From contig JAATGW010000175.1 in NCBI GenBank assembly GCA_015654495.1, positions 1-44,215 on the forward strand: DNA of 44,215 nucleotides, in the 5' to 3' direction. The notes under the pieces are model-generated. The model did no database searches and had not been told where the DNA came from. It saw only the letters and a program-made list of their open reading frames with translations. This DNA is from Chitinophagales bacterium (GTDB lineage: Bacteria > Bacteroidota > Bacteroidia > Chitinophagales > Chitinophagaceae). Shown here piece after piece: positions 28,820-38,345 of the stretch (the first letter of the stretch is position 1; each line of letters begins with the position of its first letter). The translations under genes and the position numbers were made by a program.

Positions 28820-30460
28820 ATGAATCGCTCTAAAATATTTTTCCTGTTATTTACAGCATCCTTTCTGGGATCATGTAAAAAAGACCTCAATATTATCAAT
28901 CCCAATCTTCCTACTCCTGAAAGTGCAAAAACGGAAAATGGTGTTATAGCTCTTGCACAGGGTGGTATCTATGTTAATGGCTTCAGAGATTTAAAATATG
29001 GGGATGGCATTTACGGATTGTTCTGGTCAGGCGCCATAGGCTTCCATGAAATGCTGGCTGATGTAGTGCAGGCTGAAGCCGCCAATGGATTCATTAACCA
29101 GATCAGTACTCCTGATTTTGTTATACTGGATAATGGGACAAAAATTAATAATCCAAATGCCCCGAATACACAGAAAGCTCTTGTGAGGCAGATTAACAAA
29201 AATGCAAACCAGGGGGCCAATTTTCTTTATTACGAGTGGGCCTATATGTATTCGATGATAAGCGTTTGCAACTCAGTACTCGCAATAGTTGAAGAAGTAG
29301 AATTTTCAAGCGATCAGGAGTCCAAGAAGGCAACCGTTCAGGCCTGGGCTCATTTCTGGAAAGGGTATGCCTATGGTCGTATTGGATCTATTTACTATGC
29401 GGGATTAATACCAACGGTTTCCGGATCTACAAATGGTGATTATGTAACCAAGGAACAAATAATTGCTGAGTCTAATTCAAACTATGATAAAGCGATTGCG
29501 GCGATTTCTTCAGCATCCAATGCCGGAGCTTACAGTTCTGTTCTTGGTAAATTGATCCCAAGTTTTAACCAGGTGGGAAAGGGAGGCATTCTCACTCAGG
29601 ATATGTGGAAGCGAAATATCAATACCCTAAAAGCAAGAAATATCCTGGTAAATACAACTGTTGCTGAAATGAGTGCTGCTCAATGGCAATCAATTCTTAC
29701 ATTAACGAACGATGGTACTAAAGCAACTGACAAGATTTTTACAGGCAGAACAAATGCAACGGGCGATTTCATTTCATCAAGTGGTGGTACAGTTTCTCTT
29801 AAAGCACAGGCTGCCCTCGCTGGTGGAAACACCTATAAGTTAAGTGAACGTTGGGTAATGGAATTTAAAGATGGCGACAAAAGAAAGGAGAACAATGTTC
29901 TCCAAACGCAAACCTGGATTGGTAATTCCGATCGTGGTAATTCATTTAATACCCGGTATACCCTGATCAATGGAAGCAAGCACATGCCGGGAATTATTAT
30001 CTACTCAAGTTCAACTGACGGTGAATATGAATTGTACCTGGCAGCGAGCTTCGAAGAAAATGAACTGATGAAAGCTGAAGCGCTTATTAATACAGGCTCT
30101 GTTGACCCGGGTCTTGCTTCGGTAGACGCGGTAAGAACATTTCAGGGCGCCGGTATACCTGCAGTCAGTGGAACTGGTCTCTCTCCGGCTCAGGCAAAGG
30201 AAGAATTGAGAAGAGAGCGCCGGGTGGCCCTTCCGTTTATCGGACTATCGTTTTATGATGCACGCCGGTTGGGAATCATTAATCCACTTGCACAAGGCGG
30301 TGGTAGAAAAGGTGTAGTTGTAGTTGCTCCAACAACCGGTGTTGTAAATACAAACGCACAAATAGAATACGGTTCTCTGGACTATTGGGATGTTCCGGAT
30401 AATGAACTTGCTTATAATCCGCCAAGTGCAGGAAGTGCTCCTGTGGTGAACCCTAAATAA
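28820..30460 (+). CDS. RagB/SusD family lipoprotein
   Basis: Lipobox LGS-C-KK; directly follows susC; LMKAEAL, ELRRERRVALPFIGLSFYDARR. Confidence 0.9.
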   Translation: MNRSKIFFLLFTASFLGSCKKDLNIINPNLPTPESAKTENGVIALAQGGIYVNGFRDLKYGDGIYGLFWSGAIGFHEMLADVVQAEAANGFINQISTPDFVILDNGTKINNPNAPNTQKALVRQINKNANQGANFLYYEWAYMYSMISVCNSVLAIVEEVEFSSDQESKKATVQAWAHFWKGYAYGRIGSIYYAGLIPTVSGSTNGDYVTKEQIIAESNSNYDKAIAAISSASNAGAYSSVLGKLIPSFNQVGKGGILTQDMWKRNINTLKARNILVNTTVAEMSAAQWQSILTLTNDGTKATDKIFTGRTNATGDFISSSGGTVSLKAQAALAGGNTYKLSERWVMEFKDGDKRKENNVLQTQTWIGNSDRGNSFNTRYTLINGSKHMPGIIIYSSSTDGEYELYLAASFEENELMKAEALINTGSVDPGLASVDAVRTFQGAGIPAVSGTGLSPAQAKEELRRERRVALPFIGLSFYDARRLGIINPLAQGGGRKGVVVVAPTTGVVNTNAQIEYGSLDYWDVPDNELAYNPPSAGSAPVVNPK

Positions 30461-30531
30461 AGCGGCACCCTCGAAACCGCAACGCAAAGCGGCTTTTGAA
30501 AACGGCAGATTCTCATGTCTGAATAGGGAAG

Positions 30532-30565
30532 AGGTTATCCTGTAATGGGATAGCCTTCTTCTTTT
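30532..30565 (+). terminator. Intrinsic terminator of susCD
   Basis: AGGTTATCC-TGTAATG-GGATAGCCT followed by TCTTCTTTT. Confidence 0.7.
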
Positions 30566-30570
30566 AAGTG

Positions 30571-30598
30571 CGAAGACCGAAGTTCGAAGTACGAAGTA
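30571..30598 (+). repeat. Tandem heptamers CGAAGNN x4
   Basis: CGAAGAC CGAAGTT CGAAGTA CGAAGTA. Confidence 0.8.
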
Positions 30599-30749
30599 GA
30601 AAGGCAAATTCAAACTGGTGGCTTACATTAAAAAATTGGAAAGCCGGGAGCCGGAACTTAAAATATAATTTAAATAAAATGAATGAGTAGAACTGAGGAA
30701 AAGATTGAATAATAATGATGAATGAATATTAACAGAGCTTGAGTTTACA

Positions 30750-30777
30750 GACTTCGGCCTTCGGCGTTCGTACTTCG
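30750..30777 (-). repeat. Tandem CGAA-core heptamers x4, inverted relative to 30571-30598
   Basis: Plus strand GACTTCG GCCTTCG GCGTTCG TACTTCG equals minus strand CGAAGTA CGAACGC CGAAGGC CGAAGTC. Confidence 0.8.
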
Positions 30778-30780
30778 GCT

Positions 30781-32328
30781 TCAGAGCCTTATCTCTTCTT
30801 CATTCTTATCGAAGAAGTGAAACTCTGTGAGATGATAATTATTATTCGCACGGACCTTTACGGTTTGTTTGAATTTCCAACTCCATTTACGCTTTTTTGA
30901 GATCAGGCCCTTTGTCAGGTATGCATATACGATAGGATGAACCACTACGGTAAGGCTCTTATGTTTTTGCATCGCCAGGTAACTCAGGTTTTTTTCAATT
31001 TCATCTTCGAGAATCAAAGCTGATGAAATTTTACCGGTACCCTGGCATGAAGGACAGGTTTCCTGTGTATTGATCGTCATTTCGGGCTTCATACGCTGGC
31101 GCGTAATCTGCATCAGTCCGAATTTTGAAATTGGTAAAACGGCATGCTTTGCCCGATCGAGGCGCATGAAATTTTCCATCGCATCATGAAGCCGTTTCTT
31201 GTTTTCAACCAGCTTCATATCAATGAAATCCACAACAATAATACCACCGATATCGCGTAACCGAAGCTGGCGTGCTATTTCTTCAGCAGCTTCAAGATTT
31301 GTCTGCAAGGCATTTTCTTCCTGGTTATTACTTACACTTTTATAACCACTGTTAACATCGATTACATGTAAGGCCTCGGTATGCTCCAGTATCAGGTAAG
31401 CACCACTGGGAAGGTTAACCGTTTTTCCGAATGCAGCTTTAACCTGTTTGGTAATACCGAACTGGTCAAATATGGGTGAGCCATTATGATAATAGGAAAC
31501 AATTTCCGTTTTATTCGGAGCTATTTTCTGGATATAATTCCTGGTATCATTGAAAATGCTTTTATCATTTACAATGATCCTGTTAAAATCTTCATTCAGC
31601 AGATCGCGCAGAATACTGGTTGTTTTTGTTTGCTCACTCAGAATTTTACAAGGAGGAGTGGCGCCACGCAGATTTGTCTGCAGCGACTTCCAACTGTTAA
31701 AAAGGTTGAGAAGATCCTCATGGAGTTCCGCAGTATTTTTTCCTTCCGCAGCTGTGCGAACAATTACGCCAAAATTCTTTGGCTTAATAGCTTCTACTAT
31801 TTTCTGAAGTCTGCGCCTTTCATCTGATGAATGAATTTTGCGCGAAACAGCGATGACGTCATTAAATGGAGTAAGAACAACAAAACGGCCGGGAAGGGAA
31901 ATTTCACAACTTAGTCTCGGTCCTTTTGCAGCGATCGGCTCTTTCAGAATCTGTACAAGGATATTTGGCCGCTGACCAAGAACTTCATTGATCTTGCCGG
32001 TTTTTACAATTTCCGGTTCAATTTCAAATTTTGAAAAGTCAAATCCTTCAGGGCTTTTATCAGCCATTACCTGCTGAGTGAATTTGATGAGCGAGCGGGC
32101 GTAAGGGCTGAGATCGGTATAATGAAGAAAAGCGTCTTTCTCAAATCCAACATCCACAAATGCAGCATTGAGCCCGGGAATCAGTTTTTTAACTTTTCCG
32201 AGGTATAGGTCTCCCACGGCAAAGCTGGCGTCTGCTTTTTCACTATGCAATTCAACCAGTTTTTTGTCTTCCAGGAGCGCTATTTCCACTCCCTGTGGAG
32301 CAGCATTTATAATCAGTTCTTTATTCAA
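30781..32328 (-). CDS. Ribonuclease E/G family protein
   Basis: S1 domain GLNAAFVDVG, KEPIAAKGPRL, HTEALHVIDVNSG, RQLRLRDIGGIIVVDFIDM, CPSCQGTG. Likely TTG start at 32328. Confidence 0.95.
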   Translation of the reverse strand: MNKELIINAAPQGVEIALLEDKKLVELHSEKADASFAVGDLYLGKVKKLIPGLNAAFVDVGFEKDAFLHYTDLSPYARSLIKFTQQVMADKSPEGFDFSKFEIEPEIVKTGKINEVLGQRPNILVQILKEPIAAKGPRLSCEISLPGRFVVLTPFNDVIAVSRKIHSSDERRRLQKIVEAIKPKNFGVIVRTAAEGKNTAELHEDLLNLFNSWKSLQTNLRGATPPCKILSEQTKTTSILRDLLNEDFNRIIVNDKSIFNDTRNYIQKIAPNKTEIVSYYHNGSPIFDQFGITKQVKAAFGKTVNLPSGAYLILEHTEALHVIDVNSGYKSVSNNQEENALQTNLEAAEEIARQLRLRDIGGIIVVDFIDMKLVENKKRLHDAMENFMRLDRAKHAVLPISKFGLMQITRQRMKPEMTINTQETCPSCQGTGKISSALILEDEIEKNLSYLAMQKHKSLTVVVHPIVYAYLTKGLISKKRKWSWKFKQTVKVRANNNYHLTEFHFFDKNEEEIRL

Positions 32329-32433
32329 GCGTAAAAACACTATTTATCAACCTCAACCTGTGCAACTGTTCGCCGGATGGAAAGTACATGATATTGGGTC
32401 ACTGTAATAACCAGGGCAGCAATCAGATGAAGC

Positions 32434-32452
32434 GGCCCGCCGCAGGCGGGCC
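32434..32452. other. GC-rich 8-bp hairpin between the bS22-like gene and rne/rng, without a T-tract
   Basis: GGCCCGCC-GCA-GGCGGGCC. Confidence 0.6.
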
Positions 32453-32465
32453 AATTCACAGAAAA

Positions 32466-32561
32466 TTATTTACTTCTTTTCTTATGGCGGTTCTTTCTGA
32501 GACGTTTTTTACGCTTATGAGTTGCAATTTTATGACGTTTTCTCTTTTTACCACAAGGCAT
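32466..32561 (-). CDS. Small basic ribosomal protein, bS22-like (AURKAIP1/COX24 family)
   Basis: Manual translation MPCGKKRKRHKIATHKRKKRLRKNRHKKRSK* (31 aa), below the ORF-track cutoff. Position between the TPR gene and rne fits the Bacteroidota HU-TPR-bS22-rne arrangement as I recall it. Confidence 0.88.
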   Translation of the reverse strand: MPCGKKRKRHKIATHKRKKRLRKNRHKKRSK

Positions 32562-32574
32562 ACCCTTAAGTTTT

Positions 32575-33426
32575 TTATTTTAATGATTTAATTTTTTCCT
32601 CAATAGCCTTTACCAGTTCAGGATTTTTCACCTTTTTCCTTCCTTCCGAATACCACTTTACCGCTTTCTCTTTTTCACCCAGATTTTCATAAGTTTCAGC
32701 AAGCAGAAAAACCGCTTCCGTATTTTCAGGATCTTTTTCAGCCACCTGCAGAAATCTTTCAGCCGCCCTGCTTAATTGTCCCGAAACCATCGCGCCATAC
32801 CCGAGCATAAACTGGGCGTATAGATTGTCCGGATTTCTTGTTGCGACTTCGCGGATCATTGCTATGCCTTCCATTGGAGCTCCCCCGCCGGCTGCGCCGA
32901 AAAAATAAGTGCTTCCCAGACCAACTTTAGCGGAATCATTCGCAGGATCCAATGCAAGAGATTGCGTAAAAAGTTCTTTTGCCTGTATTGCCATCCATGT
33001 TTTCAGGGAAGGATCGGCCACACCTCTGATTTCATCCAGATAGGAATGGGCGGCAAAGTTGAGGCTTTTTTCAGACTTTTCCAATTTAGCCTTTTCGCCC
33101 GAATAATACAACCAGGGAACAACGGCCCGTACTGAATCTTTCCAGTAGGCTGCAAGTTGCCCGTAGTTTTGAATTTTTTGTGTTTGCAGGTCGCCTCTGG
33201 AAATACTGTTTTCCAGAGCCGTGATTCGTGAAGACTGGGTGGCACTCAGGTTTTGATGCGCTTTTACCAGCACATCTTCCGTTGTTACTGACTCTGAATG
33301 CGCTGACTCCGCATGCGTAGCTGCAGGAATAATGCCCTTACTGTGGGGTTTTGTTCTTCCAAAAAAAAACAAGCTGAAAAGTAATAGTACACCGGTTCCG
33401 GCAACAATCCATTGTTGCTTATTCAA
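32575..33426 (-). CDS. Membrane-anchored tetratricopeptide repeat protein
   Basis: N-terminal TM segment; TPR-like repeats ALDPANDSAKVGLG, RNPDNLYAQFMLG, KDPENTEAVFLLAETY. Confidence 0.85.
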   Translation of the reverse strand: MNKQQWIVAGTGVLLLFSLFFFGRTKPHSKGIIPAATHAESAHSESVTTEDVLVKAHQNLSATQSSRITALENSISRGDLQTQKIQNYGQLAAYWKDSVRAVVPWLYYSGEKAKLEKSEKSLNFAAHSYLDEIRGVADPSLKTWMAIQAKELFTQSLALDPANDSAKVGLGSTYFFGAAGGGAPMEGIAMIREVATRNPDNLYAQFMLGYGAMVSGQLSRAAERFLQVAEKDPENTEAVFLLAETYENLGEKEKAVKWYSEGRKKVKNPELVKAIEEKIKSLK

Positions 33427-33451
33427 GTCGGGATAATTTTAGGAAGCGAAA

Positions 33452-33784
33452 TTAACGCGCTTCCACCATTTCTTCAGATCCTTCTTCATTTATCGCAGCG
33501 TCAATCTGCAATTTCTTTACTTCCTGAACAAATTCTTTTGCAGGTTTGAATGCCGGAATGAAATGTGCGGGGATGTGAACGGCTGTATTCTTCTTAATAT
33601 TACGACCAATTTTAGCAGCCCGTTTTTTGGTGATAAAACTTCCAAAGCCCCGGATATAAATATTTTCTCCCTGAGCAAGTGCTTCCTTTACCTCTTTGAA
33701 CATAGTTTCAAGAGCTACAAGCACATCTACTTTAGGAATTCCGGTTTTCTCGGCAATGTTGTTGATTAAGTCGGCTTTTCTCAT
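33452..33784 (-). CDS. HU/IHF family DNA-binding protein
   Basis: MRKADLI, IYIRGFGSF, RAAKIGRNI, IPAFKPAKEF; acidic tail. Confidence 0.95.
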   Translation of the reverse strand: MRKADLINNIAEKTGIPKVDVLVALETMFKEVKEALAQGENIYIRGFGSFITKKRAAKIGRNIKKNTAVHIPAHFIPAFKPAKEFVQEVKKLQIDAAINEEGSEEMVEAR

Positions 33785-33986
33785 TTTGGTCGATTTAATA
33801 GGAAAAATGGGATATTACAGTTTTAAAATACTGGTTTCTTTCTTTTTTTGGTCAGGGTTGGCATAAAATTAATCAAATCAATCGATTATACGCCGCTTCC
33901 GGATATAATGAACGGGTATTTTTTACAAAAATTGTATTATTTACCATAAATATGTTAAAATTTCACGGATAAACTTCTGAATATAA

Positions 33987-35039
33987 ATGAATTCCTGGTT
34001 CACCCGCAGGCTCTTGAAATGGAATAGCGATGAAAATCACCGGCAGATGCCCTGGAAAGGAGAGAAAGATCCTTATAAAATATGGTTGAGTGAGATTATA
34101 CTCCAGCAAACAAGAGTAGAACAGGGCACTGCCTACTATAACCGGTTTATCGAAAGATATCCTTCTATCAGATTTCTCGCAGCAGCACCGGATCAGGAAG
34201 TATTTAAATTATGGGAGGGCCTCGGATATTATAGCCGATGCAGAAATATGATAGCAGCAGCAAGATCGGTTATGCAGGAGCGGGAGGGTATTTTTCCTGA
34301 TCATTATGATGACATTCTTTCTCTTCCCGGAATAGGCCCCTACACCGCTGCTGCCATCAGTTCATTTGCATTCAACCTGCCCAATGCAGTTTTGGATGGA
34401 AATGTATTCCGTGTTTTGTCCCGGTTTTTTGGAATTGATATGCCAATTGATACCGACGCAGGTAAAAAACATTTCAATGAACTTGCTTCGGAACAATTAG
34501 ACCGGAAATATCCTGCAGCGTATAACCAGGCCATTATGGACCTTGGAGCTACGGTATGCAAGCCAAAGAATCCCCTGTGTGAACATTGCCCGCTGGCTGA
34601 CAAATGCGTTGCATTTATACAGGGCAATCCTTTTGATTATCCAGTGAAATCAAAGAAAATAAAAAGGAGAACAAGATTTTTTATATACCTGCTGGTTGAA
34701 ATTGATCAGATGATTATGATTCGTGAACGAACCTCAAAGGATATATGGAAACATCTGTTTGAATTTGTTTTGATTGAAACCGATTCAATTCCTGATGAAC
34801 CGGACCTCATGTCCTTAATTGAAAAATCGGGGATCAACAGAAATGAAATTCTGGAAATCAGTACCAGCGCGAGATTCCGTCAGCAGCTCACACATCAGGA
34901 GATCACGGGTAATTTTAACAGGATAACCCTAAGGAAGAAACGAAAACCACTGCCCGGGTATCAATGGGAAAAAATTAATGAACTTAAAAAATTGCCCTTT
35001 CCAAGGTATATCCTTTCGTATATGGAGGAAAAAAAGTAA
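33987..35039 (+). CDS. mutY: A/G-specific adenine glycosylase
   Basis: WLSEIILQQT, WEGLGYYSR, LPGIGPYTA, LDGNVFRV, and the 4Fe-4S motif C-x6-C-x2-C-x5-C. Confidence 0.96.
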   Translation: MNSWFTRRLLKWNSDENHRQMPWKGEKDPYKIWLSEIILQQTRVEQGTAYYNRFIERYPSIRFLAAAPDQEVFKLWEGLGYYSRCRNMIAAARSVMQEREGIFPDHYDDILSLPGIGPYTAAAISSFAFNLPNAVLDGNVFRVLSRFFGIDMPIDTDAGKKHFNELASEQLDRKYPAAYNQAIMDLGATVCKPKNPLCEHCPLADKCVAFIQGNPFDYPVKSKKIKRRTRFFIYLLVEIDQMIMIRERTSKDIWKHLFEFVLIETDSIPDEPDLMSLIEKSGINRNEILEISTSARFRQQLTHQEITGNFNRITLRKKRKPLPGYQWEKINELKKLPFPRYILSYMEEKK

Positions 35040-35094
35040 ATTTAGATAGCTGAATCAGAGCACCGGTAAGAATTACAAGACTAAATTTAATCAT

Positions 35095-35538
35095 ATGCGT
35101 GGAGTTAACAGGGTGATGCTCATAGGTAACCTGGGAAAAGATCCGGATGTTCAGTATCTCGAAGGAAATATCGCCGTTGCAAAATTTCCTCTTGCCACTA
35201 CAGAAACTTATAAGGACCGGACGGGTAAGCTGATCAGCCAGACTGAGTGGCATACCGTTGTACTTTGGCGCGGTTTGGCTGAGCTCGCACAGAAATACCT
35301 TCATAAAGGAAGTCTTATTTATGTGGAAGGACGACTCAGGACGCGAAACTGGGACGATAAGGAGGGGCATCGAAAATTTGCAACCGAGGTAGTAGGCGAT
35401 AATCTTATTATGCTTGATAAAAGAACCGATGTAAGTGGCCTTCACGGCCACGGCGGAATCGATAGTCATGGGCTGGAAGGCCCTGGTTCGGATGATATCC
35501 CGCCAATTTCTGACGCTTCTCCGGATTTACCATTCTGA
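35095..35538 (+). CDS. ssb: Single-stranded DNA-binding protein
   Basis: VNRVMLIGNLGKDP, TEWHTVV, KGSLIYVEGRLRTR, C-terminal DLPF. Confidence 0.97.
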   Translation: MRGVNRVMLIGNLGKDPDVQYLEGNIAVAKFPLATTETYKDRTGKLISQTEWHTVVLWRGLAELAQKYLHKGSLIYVEGRLRTRNWDDKEGHRKFATEVVGDNLIMLDKRTDVSGLHGHGGIDSHGLEGPGSDDIPPISDASPDLPF

Positions 35539-35658
35539 ATGATTAGTTGATTTTATTATGGTTGCATAACAATCCAGGCAGGCCTTTATGACCTGCCTTT
35601 ATGATTAAGCGGAGATGGAACACCTGGGGGATTGAATTTATAACCTAAATGTAAGTTT

Positions 35659-37002
35659 TTGAATTATTGCTTCTTAAACCAGGTACTCCCTAATGGATTT
35701 ACATCTGTGTATCTGGCTATTCAGCCGCAGACGGTAATGACCATTCTGGTATTTGCCCTTTTGTTATTACTTTTCCTGTCATTTATAGTTTCGGGTGCTG
35801 AAGTTGCTTTGTTTTCTTTATCCTTCAAGGATATTAACCTGATGAAAACAAAGCCTCTGCCCTCTGCAAGGCGGATACTTAAATTACTCGATCAGCCAAA
35901 ACTTTTGCTCGGCTCACTCCTTATTTCCAATACGCTCACAAATATTGGAATCATCATCATCTCGAATTTTCTTATAAATGAGTGGATGGCAATGGTTGAT
36001 AATTTCCTTCTTACGCTGATAATTAAAATCCTTGTTGTATCCACTTTGCTTGTTCTGTTCGCAGAAGCATTACCAAAAGTATGGGCTGCACAGAATAATC
36101 TGCGTTTCGCCTATTATTCTTCATCAATTGTATTTGTAATTCACAGAATATTCAAAGGTCTGAGTGCCTGGATGGTTGGTTTTTCTGACCGGATAGAAAA
36201 AGCACTCGGCGGTGGTAAAACAAACGCTTATAGTCTTGAACAACTCGACCAGGCTATTGATATGACCACTCCGCTTGATGCTACAGAAGAAGAAAAAAAT
36301 ATTCTGAAAGGTGTGGTGAAATTCGGGAATGTTACAGTAAGACAAGTGATGAAAAGCAGGCTGGATGTACATGGTATAGAGGTGGGGATGAATTTTTCAG
36401 GACTTGTGAAAAAAGTACAGGACCTGCATTACTCAAGGTTTCCTGTATATCAGTCCAATCTTGACAACGTTACCGGAATTGTACATATGAAGGATCTTAT
36501 TCCTTTCCTAAATGAATCCGATAATTTCAACTGGCATACACTGATACGGCAGCCTTATTTTGTTCATGAAAACAAATTATGTGAGGATCTGCTACGCGAA
36601 TTTCAAACCAAACGGATTCATTTTGCCGTTGTGGTTGATGAATTTGGCGGAACAGAGGGAATCGTAACACTGGAAGATATCATGGAAGAAATCATTGGAG
36701 ATATCCGCGATGAATTCGATGATGAAGACAGTACCAATCCAAAAATGGATGACTACAACTTTGTTTTCGATGGCCGCAAAATGGTCAGTGATGCCTGCAG
36801 AGTTATGGGATTGCCCTCGGATACATTTGATATGGTAAGAGGCGATAGTGAAACCATGGCCGGACTGGTACTTGAACTCGCTGGTGAAATACCACAGGTG
36901 AATCAGGAAATTGTATCGGGCGATTTTACATTCGCTGTTCAGGAACTCGAAAAAAACCGTATTCAGAAAGTTAAAGTGACTATCAGACCCACAAATCAAT
37001 AG
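35659..37002 (+). CDS. gldE: Gliding motility-associated CNNM/CBS protein GldE
   Basis: SGAEVALFSL, CBS pair, VVDEFGGTEGIVTLEDIMEEIIG, CorC-type C-terminus; lies between ssb and gldD. Start uncertain. Confidence 0.88.
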   Translation: MNYCFLNQVLPNGFTSVYLAIQPQTVMTILVFALLLLLFLSFIVSGAEVALFSLSFKDINLMKTKPLPSARRILKLLDQPKLLLGSLLISNTLTNIGIIIISNFLINEWMAMVDNFLLTLIIKILVVSTLLVLFAEALPKVWAAQNNLRFAYYSSSIVFVIHRIFKGLSAWMVGFSDRIEKALGGGKTNAYSLEQLDQAIDMTTPLDATEEEKNILKGVVKFGNVTVRQVMKSRLDVHGIEVGMNFSGLVKKVQDLHYSRFPVYQSNLDNVTGIVHMKDLIPFLNESDNFNWHTLIRQPYFVHENKLCEDLLREFQTKRIHFAVVVDEFGGTEGIVTLEDIMEEIIGDIRDEFDDEDSTNPKMDDYNFVFDGRKMVSDACRVMGLPSDTFDMVRGDSETMAGLVLELAGEIPQVNQEIVSGDFTFAVQELEKNRIQKVKVTIRPTNQ

Positions 37003-37010
37003 TACCAACG

Positions 37011-37646
37011 ATGAAGCTTTGGCCCTGTTTATTTTTTTCCGCATTGATGGTAATATCATGTAACAGCCCATTTACTCCGAAACCCAGGTCCTATTTTAAA
37101 ATTGATTTTCCTCAAAGGGCCTACCAGAAATTTGATCAGGCAGGATTTCCATTTAGTTTCGAATACCCTGTCTATGGCAGGATCAGTAAGGATAGCACAT
37201 TATTTGACGGATCGGGAGACGATGCTTATTGGATTAATATCGATTTCCCGGATTTCAGAGGTAAAATTTATCTGAGCTATAAAACCATCGGTGGCTTAAG
37301 TGTGTATAAAGTAAAGAAAGACGGTGGTTATAAAGATTCACTGGTGAAAAACACCTTCGATGGTTTGAAAGATGAAGCTTTCAAAATGACTTTCAAACAT
37401 TCCCTTAAAGCCAGTGGCATACTGGATTCAGCCTTCAGAACAGCCAGTGGTTTACCCGGGGTGTATTTTACGGTTGAGGGGAATGCAGCCACTGCCAAAC
37501 AATTCTTTCTGTCAGACTCGTCAAAACATTTTCTGCGTGGTGCACTTTATTTTGATACCGCTCCGAACTCCGACTCACTTTCCATAGTGAATGATTTCCT
37601 CGAAGAGGATATGCGTCATCTGATCAATACCCTTAAATGGAAATAG
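37011..37646 (+). CDS. gldD: Gliding motility lipoprotein GldD
   Basis: Lipobox VIS-C, PKPRSYFKIDFP, PFSFEYP, GNAATAKQFFLSDSSKHFLRGALYF. Confidence 0.92.
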   Translation: MKLWPCLFFSALMVISCNSPFTPKPRSYFKIDFPQRAYQKFDQAGFPFSFEYPVYGRISKDSTLFDGSGDDAYWINIDFPDFRGKIYLSYKTIGGLSVYKVKKDGGYKDSLVKNTFDGLKDEAFKMTFKHSLKASGILDSAFRTASGLPGVYFTVEGNAATAKQFFLSDSSKHFLRGALYFDTAPNSDSLSIVNDFLEEDMRHLINTLKWK

Positions 37647-37712
37647 TGTTTTTCAGGATCCGCCAATAGCGCTTTATCTGTTTTACTGGTCACGAATCCT
37701 TATTTTTACTGC

Positions 37713-38312
37713 ATGATTGTTATTGATAAAATGCTGATCAGTGATGAAGTTATTGAAGAGCAGTTTGTTTGTGATCTGCACAAATGTAAAGGCGGATGTT
37801 GTGAAGACGGTGATGCGGGCGCTCCGCTTACGCCTGATGAACTTGACCAGATCGCAGAGATATTTGAAACTGTGAAGCCATTGTTGACAGAAGAAGGGCT
37901 GAATGAAATCAATCGTACCGGGCTTTACAGGTACGACCGTGAATTTGGTTGGGTAACTCCAACAGTAAACGGGATGATTTGTGCATATGGATTCCGCGAC
38001 AAAGCTGGAATCATCCGGTGTGCATTTGAGGAAGCAAAAAACAGGGGACTCACATCCTGGAAAAAACCCATTTCCTGTCATCTCTATCCTATAAAGGTTA
38101 AAGCCAGCCGTTACAATGAACATCAGCTGATGAACTATGAACCGCGGGAAAGCTTATGCAGCCCCGGTTGTGCATTGGGAGAGCAGCTGAAAGTTCCTGT
38201 ATATCGTTTTTTAAAAGAAGCTCTTGTAAGAAAATACGGTGAAAAATTTTACGCAGCACTTGATCAGATTGCTCTCGAATTTTACGATGCTAAAACTGCA
38301 AAACCGGAATAG
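37713..38312 (+). CDS. DUF3109 family Cys-rich protein
   Basis: FVCDLHKCKGGCCEDGDAGAPL, KKPISCHLYPI. Confidence 0.85.
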   Translation: MIVIDKMLISDEVIEEQFVCDLHKCKGGCCEDGDAGAPLTPDELDQIAEIFETVKPLLTEEGLNEINRTGLYRYDREFGWVTPTVNGMICAYGFRDKAGIIRCAFEEAKNRGLTSWKKPISCHLYPIKVKASRYNEHQLMNYEPRESLCSPGCALGEQLKVPVYRFLKEALVRKYGEKFYAALDQIALEFYDAKTAKPE

Positions 38313-38345
38313 CCAGCTACTCTTTAAATTAATTATCAGATTGCC

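Noticed and set aside
30571-30777. CRISPR array
   Set aside because: Units are 7 nt and tandem, with no spacers and no cas genes.
32388-32591. 67-aa plus-strand ORF
   Set aside because: Antisense to the bS22-like gene and the hairpin.
35576-35635. Hairpin AGGCAGG/CCTGCCT and 6-codon uORF MEHLGD between ssb and gldE
   Set aside because: Weak T-tract and a tiny ORF consistent with chance; Bacteroidota rarely use SD sequences, so the GGAG adds little.
34984-38123. Long antisense ORFs (161, 159 and 146 aa) opposite ssb, gldE and DUF3109
   Set aside because: They are shadows of well-supported genes and have no recognisable motifs.
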